From: a virus
Length of the DNA: 64,000 nt
Direction: 5' to 3' (one strand)
Virus record (IMG/VR): IMGVR_UViG_3300021963_009201
Span: 96,001 to 160,000 of that record
The first letter of the stretch is position 1. Every line of letters starts with the position of its first letter. The notes under the pieces are model-generated. The model saw only the letters and a program-made list of their open reading frames with translations. It was not told the DNA's origin and ran no database searches. Positions 48,984-59,448 of the stretch are shown here, piece by piece. A program made the position numbers and the translations under genes.

Positions 48984-49634
48984 TTTCGAAGAATGTAGCT
49001 ATATCACTTTCACAAATGTTGCATGATCCATTGTGTGAAGGATGTATATCGATGAATCCTTCAAAGTACCTTCCCATACTTCTCATCTAACCCTCTCCCT
49101 TAACTCTGGAACATGGATCATATCTCCGGGACTTTCGCCCCAATAGTCATGAACAATTCCCGAATACGGCCAACGGAGTAAAGCTATTTCCTCAAACCCC
49201 ACATGCCAAGAAGCATCTTCTTTGTATACAGAAATTGTTTCGTTATCAAAGTCGATTTTTGCTTCACCAACGACGATTTCATCTACACCCTTAATCCCAA
49301 GGATAACTTTTGTTCCGTCAAATCTTTCTAAAGGTATTTCTTTTGCAAAACTAAACAATAAACCGTTCATTTTTACTCCTTTATTGAATTTAGACCGACT
49401 AAAAACCTGTGATCTAAGCCTGTAAGATGGAAAATTTCTAGGCCTTTAGATCACCTTACTGCCTTGAATTTAAAACGCACCTTTGAAAGTGCGCAAGACG
49501 TAAGAAAAGAATTAAACTCCATTAAAACCCCCAATGTCGTGGTGAACGATACTAAACGAAACTCCTTACCGCCCTGGAGCAAGAGACAACGCTCAAGCCT
49601 CTTGCTCCAGGTTGGCAATGGAGTATCATTCACG

Positions 49635-50270
49635 CTAGGGGATGTCCAGGGCCAAGGCTGATTCGAACCCTTCCATCTCCCTCTCCTTTCTTAAAGCTGC
49701 AATTTCAAACATCGCAGCCCAAGAATCAATCATTCCATTATTGTCTAATTCAGTGCCGTCAATGATTTCATCTAGTTCATTTTTGCTTAAGAATGTAAGT
49801 TTATGGTTATCTAAAAGTATTTGCAATAGCGTCATATCTACTTTTGATTTATGTGAAGCGGCTATTCTATCCGCAAGGTACAGGGGACCTTCGCGGTCTT
49901 CGTAGCGCCAGACTATTTCTGGGAAATTCTCAGTAAGCCAATTTATGTAGTAAATAACTTCGTCTTCAGTAAGTTCGTCATTATCGTTTTTATGGCCTGG
50001 AATTATCTTTGAAACAAAGTTATTTATCTTTACTCGTTGATCAGCAACTTCGCATTGGGCTTGTTTCTTAACATCGCGATACTTACAAAGATCGCAGTTA
50101 CACCCTGCTTCATGCTCTGGTTCACCGGTCAACTTTCCAATGATAGCTGCTACCAAAGTCTTGGGAGAAACCATCATACCAGCACCAGCTACGCGGGGTG
50201 TCAAAATCGGGATTGTTGTTGTAAAGCAGTCTTCCTTAAATGATTTGAATTTTGTTACATATTTGCCCAT
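49635..50270 (-). CDS. hypothetical protein
   Basis: 211 aa with a CNCDLC cluster. Confidence 0.6.
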   Translation of the reverse strand: MGKYVTKFKSFKEDCFTTTIPILTPRVAGAGMMVSPKTLVAAIIGKLTGEPEHEAGCNCDLCKYRDVKKQAQCEVADQRVKINNFVSKIIPGHKNDNDELTEDEVIYYINWLTENFPEIVWRYEDREGPLYLADRIAASHKSKVDMTLLQILLDNHKLTFLSKNELDEIIDGTELDNNGMIDSWAAMFEIAALRKEREMEGFESALALDIP

Positions 50271-50656
50271 GCGTGATCCTTTTCGTTAATTGGATCAGCT
50301 ATGTAGCCTTTTATGATTTGTCCTAAACCAGTTACAAAGTCTTCGTCGAAGAATCCGTTTGCGTCGCAATTCCAGTCATAAATCACTAAATCAAATCGTT
50401 CATCTTGATAAGCGTAATACTCTTGATTTGCGCAGCGTGGTCTGTCAATGTTCTTTTGGAATGGTTTTGTTTCTTCTTGTTCGGATTCTTGCTTCTTGTC
50501 TAGCAATGAGCTTATAATCGCTAAGGGGCCAACTTGCATTAGGTCTCCACCAGAACCAGCACCAAACACTGGGAAAACTGATAAGTAGGTGGATTTACGC
50601 CAGTCATTAAACCTAATTATTGGATTACGCAATTGGATTATCCGCCGTAGGGTCAA
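50255..50656 (-). CDS. hypothetical protein
   Basis: Packed ORF. Confidence 0.5.
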   Translation of the reverse strand: MTLRRIIQLRNPIIRFNDWRKSTYLSVFPVFGAGSGGDLMQVGPLAIISSLLDKKQESEQEETKPFQKNIDRPRCANQEYYAYQDERFDLVIYDWNCDANGFFDEDFVTGLGQIIKGYIADPINEKDHAWANM

Positions 50657-50943
50657 TCATGGGCGGCATCGGTAGTGCATGCATTGGCGGTATCGATTGC
50701 ATTACTGGCGTATAATGCGATTGATAGTAGCTAGCTTGCGGATTGTATGCGAATGGCGATGAAGTTCGTTTAAACATATCATCTACCGGCTTGCAGACAC
50801 TGCGCGCGCAATCACATGCTGTAACAGCACCCTTTTTAAGTGCATTTGTACTGAGCTGCATAGCTTTGATTGAGCCAGAAAGATTATTGAGAGATGCCAT
50901 TGGACCAATAATCCCGGGAATACCTGTTGTGATGAAAAACGTT

Positions 50944-51528
50944 TCAGACTGCAACTGGCGCAGCTTGGAACGAAGTGACTTCAGTTTGCCATTCATTTGC
51001 TTCATTGCGATGCCTCCTGTAACGACGCCCATCCGCGCCAAAAGTACCCGACCAAATTTGAAACAGCAACATCCAAAACGATGCCCATGCCATTGGCGTA
51101 AACTTAATAGCCACTGAGATAAGCATTAGGATAACTGACACAATAGACCCAATCATCGGGCCCGCCAAAGCGACCGATTGTAGATGATTTGGATCTTTAC
51201 CTTTGACAGTCGTACCGCCTAGCACACCATATATCAATGGAATGAAAAACGGAAGCAACGGCATTTGGCCTGTTTTCGCAGCTGCGAAATAATGACCAAA
51301 CTCATGGGCTGCCACAATAATCATAATGACAGCACCGAGCCATAATGGCAACATTGCATATAGTACAGCTGCAGTAGCAGCAGCAGTACCTAAGCAATAA
51401 GCGCCTTGCCAAGCAGCGCGCTTGATTTTCTTTGCGTTGAACTTATTACGCCATTTCATAAGCCAACCCCATTTCAGTGGCAAGATTGCGACTTCTGCGG
51501 TTGACATTTGAAAGCCATTTTTCTGCAA
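50944..51528 (-). CDS. minimal site-2 protease (peptidase M50)-like membrane protein
   Basis: AHEFGH in a TM helix, FIP, LAGP, distal DG. Confidence 0.75.
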   Translation of the reverse strand: MQKNGFQMSTAEVAILPLKWGWLMKWRNKFNAKKIKRAAWQGAYCLGTAAATAAVLYAMLPLWLGAVIMIIVAAHEFGHYFAAAKTGQMPLLPFFIPLIYGVLGGTTVKGKDPNHLQSVALAGPMIGSIVSVILMLISVAIKFTPMAWASFWMLLFQIWSGTFGADGRRYRRHRNEANEWQTEVTSFQAAPVAV

Positions 51529-51627
51529 ACGGACTTACAAGTGCATCGAACGTTTGTTTGAATAGCCAGCCAAGAAAACTGAGCACGAACCATTTAGTTG
51601 CGCCTCTCAGTATGTAAGCTAAAACTT

Positions 51628-52131
51628 TCATGCTACACTCCAATCTGCGTGAATGTTTGATCGAATTGTTACATGCGAGACATTTACTTTATCTTGCTGC
51701 TCCTTTGCTTTACGGAACTTGCGACCATCACCACCAAAAGTGGCAGTCAAAAGTTCTCGAATAACCATGCCACCAGCAAACCAGACGCCAATAGTGGATC
51801 CTACTAATAAAAACGCAATCAACATCGCTGAACTTACAACAGAACCAAACAAAGGCCCAGCCATAGAGATCAGACGGATATTGCGTTTATCTTTTGTTGG
51901 AATCCATGTAGCGCCCATTGCTAGTGGGCCTAGTGGTATGAACATCGGCATTGCTGCTTTAACTCCTAAAAGCTTTGCCATGCCAAAGTGACCAAGTTCA
52001 TGGGCAATCAGTACAGCCATCAGCATGACTATCAGCCAGTATGGATAGAATACTAGCATCATAGCTGCTGATGCTGCGATGGTTCCCATGAACCAACCAG
52101 CTTGAGTTAGTGACCATGTAAGTTTACTCAT
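51628..52131 (-). CDS. minimal site-2 protease (peptidase M50)-like membrane protein, paralogue
   Basis: AHELGH, MFIP, MAGP, distal DG. Confidence 0.78.
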   Translation of the reverse strand: MSKLTWSLTQAGWFMGTIAASAAMMLVFYPYWLIVMLMAVLIAHELGHFGMAKLLGVKAAMPMFIPLGPLAMGATWIPTKDKRNIRLISMAGPLFGSVVSSAMLIAFLLVGSTIGVWFAGGMVIRELLTATFGGDGRKFRKAKEQQDKVNVSHVTIRSNIHADWSVA

Positions 52132-52490
52132 AGTGCGAAACTTTGCTTAATTAGTTCATGTGTCTTGTTGTTTGGATAGAATCTTACAACATGCAGGAAT
52201 AGTTGATGATCATCTTGGTGTGTGACAATCTTGCCAGCAAAACCATCTTTGAACTTTGGGTGTAGCCAAGTGATTTGACGAGTCGAAGGGCTTTCTTCAA
52301 TCCATCTTGTATTTGGTGAATCTTTTCTCATGTTTTGAGTGGCAAAAGCAAAATGGCCGTAAAATGTTCTATCGAATAGATTCATAGAATCATCAATTCG
52401 TTCTATGACTAAAGAATCTCTACCTACCCTGGCAATACGCGTGGGACTGTGCAAAGCGTTATGGATAGAGACCATTACATCAGCGTTCAT
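52128..52490 (-). CDS. hypothetical protein
   Basis: AAGGAG RBS; first gene after the AT-rich boundary. Confidence 0.6.
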   Translation of the reverse strand: MNADVMVSIHNALHSPTRIARVGRDSLVIERIDDSMNLFDRTFYGHFAFATQNMRKDSPNTRWIEESPSTRQITWLHPKFKDGFAGKIVTHQDDHQLFLHVVRFYPNNKTHELIKQSFAL

Positions 52491-52681
52491 ACTTCGATAC
52501 TCCTTTTTCGTAGTATAAACCTATATAAATATAGGCTGTGAGAACATCAGAAAAAGATTTTTTGTGTGTTTTAAGTTAGAAATGGTTACATTTATGAATT
52601 TTTATTGATTTAAGCTTATACATATACAAATTCAAATGATTAACATTTCTGTGATTTAAAAGTACACAGAAAAAGTGTGTT

Positions 52682-52707
52682 GGGGACCGACCCGAAGGTC
52701 GGCCCCC
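52682..52707 (-). terminator. UUCG hairpin terminator
   Basis: GGGGCCGACC-TTCG-GGTCGGTCCCC then AACACACTTTTT, after the 53788-52724 gene. Confidence 0.65.
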
Positions 52708-52723
52708 GTGACACATTGAATGG

Positions 52724-53788
52724 TCAGAATGGTTCTTCACCATCAGCGACGACTACTCCAGCGGTGGTGTCGATGACGCTAGCACCGGCTGGCTTGTCTG
52801 AACGCGTGGTCCAGAAGTCGAGTTCCACTGGGCTTTCGATTGAGCCGAGCTGGACGCGACCGCTTGGGATGTTGGTGGTGTACCATTCACCATTTTTGGT
52901 GAGGCTTCCATCGGGCTGAGAGGTGAATCCGCTCTGTACGCCACCCCAGTTTCCGAGGGAGCGAGTGAAGTTGTTCATCTCTTTGACGATGGTCTCAAGA
53001 CGTGCTTGAGCTTGGGTCTTTTTGGCACCAGTTGTTTCAGCGATCTCTTTCTCAGTCGCGCGCACAAGGGTGGCGAACTTGAAGTAGTTGAGAAGGCTGC
53101 TCATGGTTGAGTCGACCAGGTCGATGAATCCGGTGTTGGTGCGGTTCAGCGAACGGTCCTGGCGAAGCATTTCGAATCCGACAACTGGCACACCATCTTC
53201 ATGACGGTATTGGCTGACGACTCGGTCAGAGTTGTTGACCTTGACAGCACCGAGTTCAATGAACTTTGATGCGGCAAGCTCAAATTGCTCTTCGCTGGTG
53301 CCTTGCTGTTCGAAGAAGAGGCTCATGCCACGATAGTTGGCGAGTCCTTCTTCGGAATCGTTGATCGCAGCAAATCGCATGTTCTTATTTCCAATGATGG
53401 AAAGGAACTCTTCGCGCGAATACTGCTTGGAAGCAAAGGCGTTGGAAAGGTCAAGCATCTTGTCTACAAGGTCGATCTTCTCATCGTTTTCTTTGATAGA
53501 GATGTCGAACTTGACGTTGCTCATCGCACCGCGAGCGGTGTAAATGACGCGATTGTCGGTAGGACGAATACGCTTGATAAGGGTGAGTGTGGTAAGCCGA
53601 CCTTCACGAAGGGTGACTTCGGCTGGGATTTGCTGATTGGCAAGGGTTCCGATGAACTGGCTTGGAACACCTTTACGAACCACTGTACGGTTCGAGTTGA
53701 TGAATACGGTTTCATCGCTGATCAGTTCACCGAGGCTCTCTCCCGAGAGATCGAAACTGGACAGAATTGCTTCATTTGATACTGTCAT
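52724..53788 (-). CDS. hypothetical protein (354 aa)
   Basis: GAGG RBS; GC-richer codon usage. Confidence 0.75.
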   Translation of the reverse strand: MTVSNEAILSSFDLSGESLGELISDETVFINSNRTVVRKGVPSQFIGTLANQQIPAEVTLREGRLTTLTLIKRIRPTDNRVIYTARGAMSNVKFDISIKENDEKIDLVDKMLDLSNAFASKQYSREEFLSIIGNKNMRFAAINDSEEGLANYRGMSLFFEQQGTSEEQFELAASKFIELGAVKVNNSDRVVSQYRHEDGVPVVGFEMLRQDRSLNRTNTGFIDLVDSTMSSLLNYFKFATLVRATEKEIAETTGAKKTQAQARLETIVKEMNNFTRSLGNWGGVQSGFTSQPDGSLTKNGEWYTTNIPSGRVQLGSIESPVELDFWTTRSDKPAGASVIDTTAGVVVADGEEPF

Positions 53789-54000
53789 TATGAATTACCT
53801 CATTGTTGTGTGGTTTTATTTGGGAAGACAGCAGGCTTATTACGGACTGCCTTCGTCTCCCCCTTCTTTCTCTATAGAAAGATCTGGATCCGCCGCATAA
53901 TAGATAACGACTAGCGTTACTGCGATTATCGGTAGGAGAATAAGAAAGAATGGAAGTATTACAAATGCGCATAATAGAAAGAATAGGATTGTTTTCATAG

Positions 54001-54073
54001 TGCCTCCAGTAGGGATCGAACCTACGACCAGCGGATTAAAAGTCCGTTGCTCTACCAGCTGAGCTATAGAGGC
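54001..54073 (-). tRNA. tRNA-Lys(UUU)
   Basis: GCCTCTA acceptor; CGGA-CTTTTAA-TCCG; GGTTCGATCCC. Confidence 0.92.
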
Positions 54074-54306
54074 GTAGCGGAGCAGTGGACGACACCCGAC
54101 GTGTCTTATGAGGTCCACTGCTCCACACCTTTAGTCCCTAAACTGGAGAGTTTTCCATGTTGAGGAGCATGCCAGAGAGCATGAGTCCGAGAGTGTAGGT
54201 TGTTGTATCTCCGGACCAGGTAATGGAATTCCCGTCAATGCCTCCTACGGGAACATTGATTTGTTCTCCTGTCACCTTGGTAGGTGTCACTGAATGCATT
54301 AATGCA

Positions 54307-54585
54307 TCAGCCACATATTTGATCAGGTCTTTCTGGTCTTGGTTCATTGCTTTCCTTTTCGGCTTTGTAGGCCAGTAGTTCTGCGAAACGGATCACTTCT
54401 TTTTCCAAAAGCTCTAAATGCAGTTGCCTTTTCCGCTCGATTGCTTCTTCAAGAGCTAGTTCTGCTCCTCGTATGAGGAGGCTATGAACTGAGGTTTTTG
54501 GAAGAAATGACGCATTGTATTTCAGTTGAGCATGGAGTTCTACTGGAATACGTAGCGATACTCCCTGGGTTTCTTTCTTGTCCAC
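54307..54585 (-). CDS. ribbon-helix-helix (Arc-like) DNA-binding protein
   Basis: GVSLRIPVELHAQLK. Confidence 0.65.
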   Translation of the reverse strand: MDKKETQGVSLRIPVELHAQLKYNASFLPKTSVHSLLIRGAELALEEAIERKRQLHLELLEKEVIRFAELLAYKAEKESNEPRPERPDQICG

Positions 54586-54895
54586 AAATACTCCTTGGGT
54601 TGAGGTTAGAATTTGTGTAGGTTACATGTCTTCTTCCAGGTCGATTCGGATGACGTGTCCGTTGGAGTAGTTGATGGTTGCGCCAGTGATTAGTTCGTTG
54701 TGAAAGATTTTACGAACGAGCGGTTCAAGTTTCATGCAGTCGACAGGGTCTTTGGTTTTAACTGAGAACTTGTCAATATCTCCGCTGGTTCGTGTGATAA
54801 TGAGTTTGCGCATAATCATGATTATAGGATCTTTAGGAAGAACATGATGGCGGATGGGATGAAGAACAGGAATGCGACTATGAGTTGAGCGATCA

Positions 54896-55111
54896 TTAGT
54901 ACTCCTCTGTTCCAAAGGCTTCTTTCCAGCAGTGTGGATGGAATCCTGTTTTTAGGATTTCGCGCTCAGCATCATTGAGTGCTGGGAATGCATCTTGAAT
55001 GTATGCTCCTTTTTTCCAATCCATAAGGGATCGGTAAGGTAGGAACATAATAGATTTCCTACCACAGTGTGGGCAAGGAGGTGTTGTGTGGTTGACAATT
55101 CGTGATGTCAC
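54896..55111 (-). CDS. small Zn-ribbon protein
   Basis: CPHCG...HPHCW. Confidence 0.6.
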   Translation of the reverse strand: MTSRIVNHTTPPCPHCGRKSIMFLPYRSLMDWKKGAYIQDAFPALNDAEREILKTGFHPHCWKEAFGTEEY

Positions 55112-55638
55112 GACTTTCCTTTTCCTGGTGAGTGGGGCCCTTGCCCCACATTTTATTGAATCGCGCTATAGATTAGAGGATTACGGCTATAGCAAAGATG
55201 CTGAAGCCTATAGCAGCAATAAGGTATTGTTTCCAGAAGATGTTGTAGTATTTGCGTTTGAATGAGTTGTAGAAGTGCATACTCAACCTTTCAGTTTTGA
55301 GATTTCGCGCCGAATAACAATACTCTATCTTCAGTAGAGAGATAACTATACAGAGAGAGAACAATAGATGTTCCTCTTTGCTCAGATCCTTTTCAGAGGC
55401 CTTCTATAGGTTCCACCCAAAAATGTCTAAGATTCTATCATTACCTTAACATTAATTATCATTATTCCTTGGGGTATAAGAGTTCTTAGCAAGTTGTTTG
55501 AGTTTCCGCTTTGCGAGAAATGCTTCTGTTTGGTCTTGGATGACTTCGTTGAGTACTCGTAGGAAGTCTGGGTCTAGTGGGACTAGTGGTTTCATTGTAT
55601 ATACTCTCTCTCTAGGGAAATGTATACCATTTGATGTT

Positions 55639-55733
55639 GGGCGGGCCTCCAGCCACTGGCGGGAATGTGACTGGAGACCCTGCCCTAGCGTAGGAGCTAG
55701 GCCGGCGGAAGGCCATATTGCTCAACTACGCTA
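55639..55733 (-). ncRNA. candidate two-hairpin structured RNA directly after the CAU tRNA
   Basis: TAGCGTAG/CTACGCTA multi-segment hairpin, then GGGTCTCCAGTCAC/GTGGCTGGAGGCCC (14 bp with G-U pairs). Confidence 0.5.
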
Positions 55734-55735
55734 AG

Positions 55736-55809
55736 TGCACCAACTAGGACTTGAACCTAGGACCGACGAATTATGAGTTCGCTGCTCTGACCAGCTGAGC
55801 TATTGGTGC
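55736..55809 (-). tRNA. tRNA with CAU anticodon (elongator Met or Ile2)
   Basis: GCACCAA acceptor; GCGAA-CTCATAA-TTCGT; paired 1:72, so not an initiator. Confidence 0.88.
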
Positions 55810-56000
55810 GTGGTAGGGTTGGTGTAAGTTCGCGAAACTTACGCGTCGTTTATTAGACTGCCAACCCCCCAGATCATATGATCAGTATGATCCAGTTGCA
55901 TGACTATAGGGCTAGATGTTGGTGGCATGCCAGCATTCAACATCTTTCAGAGAATGGTTGTACGTGCTCACTGATTACAGTGGCCCATGTCTCAATGCCA

Positions 56001-56025
56001 CCCCCCAGCCCCCGCTTCGCGGGGG
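56001..56025. repeat. G/C hairpin repeat, copy 1
   Basis: CCCCCC-AG-CCCCCGC-TTC-GCGGGGG. Confidence 0.8.
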
Positions 56026-56062
56026 TGAGGACGCTCTAGGCTTAAAGCCTGTTTATACTGGC

Positions 56063-56365
56063 CTAGTCCAGTTGAAGAATTTTGTCGATGCTTTCAGGAG
56101 TGTAGCCTGCGGCGTTTAGTTCCTGATCGACTGCTTCTTCGTAGGTTTTGATGAGGTTTGGGGATGCTTCCACAATGGTTTCTCCGTAGAGTACTGTTGT
56201 ATTCTCTAGGAGTGCTTTCATGTGTGCGTTGAGTCTGCGTACGCATTCTACGAACATGAGTTGTTCGTGAGTGTTGTATGCGATTTTGATGAGGCCTTCC
56301 ATTTCATGGAGTCGTGCTTGCGATGCTTTAGTCAAGGTGATCTTGGCTTTTTCCAATGTGGTCAT
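56063..56365 (-). CDS. hypothetical protein (start trimmed to MTTLEK)
   Basis: GGAGG RBS before 56365. Confidence 0.6.
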   Translation of the reverse strand: MTTLEKAKITLTKASQARLHEMEGLIKIAYNTHEQLMFVECVRRLNAHMKALLENTTVLYGETIVEASPNLIKTYEEAVDQELNAAGYTPESIDKILQLD

Positions 56366-56401
56366 TGGTTCCTCCCTAGGGTCGGTGATTGTTTTTTTGA
56401 G

Positions 56402-56434
56402 CCCCCCCTGTATCCCCCCCCGCTTTCGCGGGGG
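56402..56434. repeat. G/C hairpin repeat, copy 2
   Basis: CCCCCCC-TGTAT-CCCCCCCCGC-TTTC-GCGGGGG. Confidence 0.75.
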
Positions 56435-56485
56435 AGGATCAGTCACCAGGGAGGATGATTGTTATCATCTCCTGTTGTCTTTTTA

Positions 56486-56512
56486 CCCCCCCAGCCCCCC
56501 GCTTCGCGGGGG
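56486..56512. repeat. G/C hairpin repeat, copy 3
   Basis: CCCCCCC-AG-CCCCCCGC-TTC-GCGGGGG. Confidence 0.8.
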
Positions 56513-56563
56513 TGGCATGAAATCAATATGTATGATATTCATAGGAGGAGTAATACATACAGT

Positions 56564-57028
56564 TCAGGAGTTGAACATTGGCAGTCCTTCCATCATCTTT
56601 TTCATTCGTGATGCCATGATGGCGTCTTGTGTGAATCCGATGGTGGAAAGGAGGAGAAGCATTGCCGGCAGGATCGCAACCCACCATGCCGAAATAAACG
56701 ACATGGAGAATACGGTCATGAGACCTGCTGCGATAATGTACTGTGCGAACAGTGCTGCAGTGATGATGAGTGCTGCCATGGTAACAACCTTGCCAGCGTG
56801 CATCATTGTATGTCCGCGTGAAGCAACGAAACGACGAGTCTTGCGAGACGCGTTCTTTGTCACGTTCCAAGCAGCACGAAATGCTTCTCGTGCTTGAGAC
56901 GGCTTGTCTGGAGCGATTTGCTCTAGTTCGATTTCATGAATCGAATCGATTGGGATACCCATTATACAACCTCCGGAGTTGGACGGTGGATTTTGCTTTT
57001 TACTGATTCGAAGGTGCGGATACACCAA
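56564..57028 (-). CDS. membrane protein
   Basis: Two hydrophobic helices; likely start at MGIPI. Confidence 0.55.
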   Translation of the reverse strand: MVYPHLRISKKQNPPSNSGGCIMGIPIDSIHEIELEQIAPDKPSQAREAFRAAWNVTKNASRKTRRFVASRGHTMMHAGKVVTMAALIITAALFAQYIIAAGLMTVFSMSFISAWWVAILPAMLLLLSTIGFTQDAIMASRMKKMMEGLPMFNS

Positions 57029-57411
57029 CGAAGGATGCGGAATGGCAATGTCAAGATCATGGCAATGCCAACCACGATTTTAGCGAGATCAGACATGGTC
57101 TGATGGATTTGCTCACGGTTTTTGTCATATTTGGCTTTAGCAGCCTTGACAGTAGGTTTACCGTTCTGTTCCCAAGATGACACAACACCATACATGGGTT
57201 GAGACAGAACAGTAGACAAAATACCTGCTGAAGCAACAACCATACCTGCTGCTGGAAACAGCATCATAGATCCAATGGAAATGAGGATTGAGATGCCAAG
57301 ATTCGCCAAGACGAAACGTTTAGAGATTTCTTCAAGTCCAAGAGCCTTGACAATCTTGAACTCAAAGTACAACTGGCCAATGGTCAGAAGTACCAAGATA
57401 GTGAGGAACAT
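56962..57411 (-). CDS. membrane protein
   Basis: Several TM helices; GGGAG RBS. Confidence 0.6.
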   Translation of the reverse strand: MFLTILVLLTIGQLYFEFKIVKALGLEEISKRFVLANLGISILISIGSMMLFPAAGMVVASAGILSTVLSQPMYGVVSSWEQNGKPTVKAAKAKYDKNREQIHQTMSDLAKIVVGIAMILTLPFRILRWCIRTFESVKSKIHRPTPEVV

Positions 57412-58390
57412 GTTATTCTCCCTGGGTCATGGGGGTCTCCCCCCCCTCCTTTTTACTTCAAATCGCGCATTATCAAATCATAATGATAATCGCAGTAGGA
57501 CGTTTCTGTCCCTTGATTGAATGGCTCACAGCCACAAGGTTCGCTCAACTGGAAAGCAGACCCTTTAGAAGCAGTCCGCAGTTCCAGTTCTTCGAGCGTG
57601 CAATCAAGACATATCTCGGCGTTATGATCATCATCAACACAACGCCAGCATCTACAACAATGAGGTCTCATCGACGTGAAGCCTTGTGGATAACATACGT
57701 GAGGAGCACTTTGACAGTAATGAAACCAGCGAGAGCAAAGATTCCTTGACGGACAAGCGCGCGCTGCTGTTCTTCACTGTATTGAGGTAAACTGTTGCGA
57801 TGTTCTTTGATTTCCATGATTGCTCCTTTCAGAAGCAAGAGTAAGAATCAAGCCATTCCAAGGCCTGATGTTGATGAACAAACTGCTCTACCAGAGTTGG
57901 TGACTGGCTGGCATGAGGCACAACCAAAGCAATCCAATCTGTACCATGACGAAAGATAAAGCCGGTAGAATCACCAAGGTTGCTTTTGAAACCAGCGAAA
58001 TCTTTCATGTGCTGATCAACTAGCATCATTTACTCCTTCATCGGGACACGAATCGGTTAGGATCACTGAATCGATTGTGGGATCCAGATCATACAGTATG
58101 TCATTCCAAGACTTGGAACACATGAAGAGGATTTCTTTACCATGATGGATTTCTTCAAGATTTAGATAATCGTTTTTACAAATCGTACACTTCATTTTGA
58201 AGCGTCCTCCCAAGTGTTTTTCACGTAATGCGCGAAATCAGAAGACTTACGGTAAACATTAGATCCCGCTTGACCCGCAAGTTCAACTGCTTTGATAACC
58301 AAACCAACAACGAAAGCAAAAATACAGAACAACAACGCTAAAGCAATCACAAATCCTCCTGGTGTGCTGTGATCGAACAACGGACCCCTA

Positions 58391-58428
58391 AATAAGAAAG
58401 GGGCAGATACCCGAAGGTACCCACCCCC
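58391..58428 (-). terminator. UUCG hairpin terminator after the second SSB
   Basis: GGGGTGGGTACC-TTCG-GGTATCTGCCCC then TTTCTTATT. Confidence 0.75.
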
Positions 58429-58434
58429 AACTCA

Positions 58435-58794
58435 TCAGTCGAAAGGCAGTTCCACTGGAACCGACTCGGACTTACGACGCTCAGTGAGAGGCTTCCACAC
58501 TGAAGCGCCACGAATGACATGACGAGTGCGCTTAGCACCACTGTCCTTGTCAACCCATGACTGCTGGACAAGACGACCCGACACCGAGACAAACGAGCCC
58601 TTCTTCAAAGACTCTGCCACGATATTAGCCAAATCGTCCCAAACCTGAACGGTAACCCAGGTAGTATTACCCTGGGAACCATCACGCAGACGAGGGGTGT
58701 TCGCGAGACTGAACGAAGCCACGGGACCATTATCAGTCACACGCAGTTCCGGGTCAGCCCCAAGATTACCAGTGATTTCGATGTTATTCATCAT
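58435..58794 (-). CDS. ssb: second single-stranded DNA-binding protein (short form)
   Basis: ITGNLGADPELR..VASFSLA..LKKG..V.GRL..W; ends ELPFD. Confidence 0.92.
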   Translation of the reverse strand: MMNNIEITGNLGADPELRVTDNGPVASFSLANTPRLRDGSQGNTTWVTVQVWDDLANIVAESLKKGSFVSVSGRLVQQSWVDKDSGAKRTRHVIRGASVWKPLTERRKSESVPVELPFD

Positions 58795-59448
58795 TCACCA
58801 CCGATCTCTGGGATCTTCCCAGCCTGATCCGCCACGAACTTCGTCGAAACCTTAGTGGCCTTGACCGTGGTATTGACGACCTTGACCGAACCGGTCTTAG
58901 TCTTGTGTGCAGCCTTGACTGTGGTGGTCTTAGCAACACGGGTGGCATCGGAAGCAAGACGCTTACCGACCTGGACGCTGACGGACAACTTGTCCTTCAA
59001 CATAGTGACCTCCTATAGGTCATGTTGGTAGAGGAACCCAATGTTCCCCTTCTTTATCGTACGCCCGATAAGCGCACTGGAGGACACACCGATTACCCGC
59101 AGGGGGACGAGAACCGATGTGCCCACCAGTACGGGCCGACTTTAGAAGCCGACCAGTACCGGGGAGGATAAACTTTAGAAGTTCACATGCGTGTAAATAG
59201 GAGTATCTTCGCATCGAGTAACAGTGATACGAATATTATCCATCACCCAAACAGTATGATTACCATTCTGGTGATCAAGAACAAACCCATTTTTAGCAAA
59301 CGCACGATTCGCTTCAATCGCACGATTCACATGATGAGGATAATCAGGTGAAGTCGGCTCATCAAGATAGAACCGAACAGAATCAGAAACAAGCGTAGAC
59401 ATAATGAAACTCCTTGGTGTGAAGGAAAGAATGAACAAAAAGAGAAAT

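Noticed and set aside
55639-55733. SRP (4.5S) RNA identity for the hairpin RNA
   Set aside because: The conserved CAGG/GGAA/AGCA helix 8 motif is absent.
58391-58440. Hammerhead ribozyme (CTGATGAG followed by a stem)
   Set aside because: The GAAA core after stem II is missing; TGA is the ssb stop codon and the stem is a UUCG terminator.
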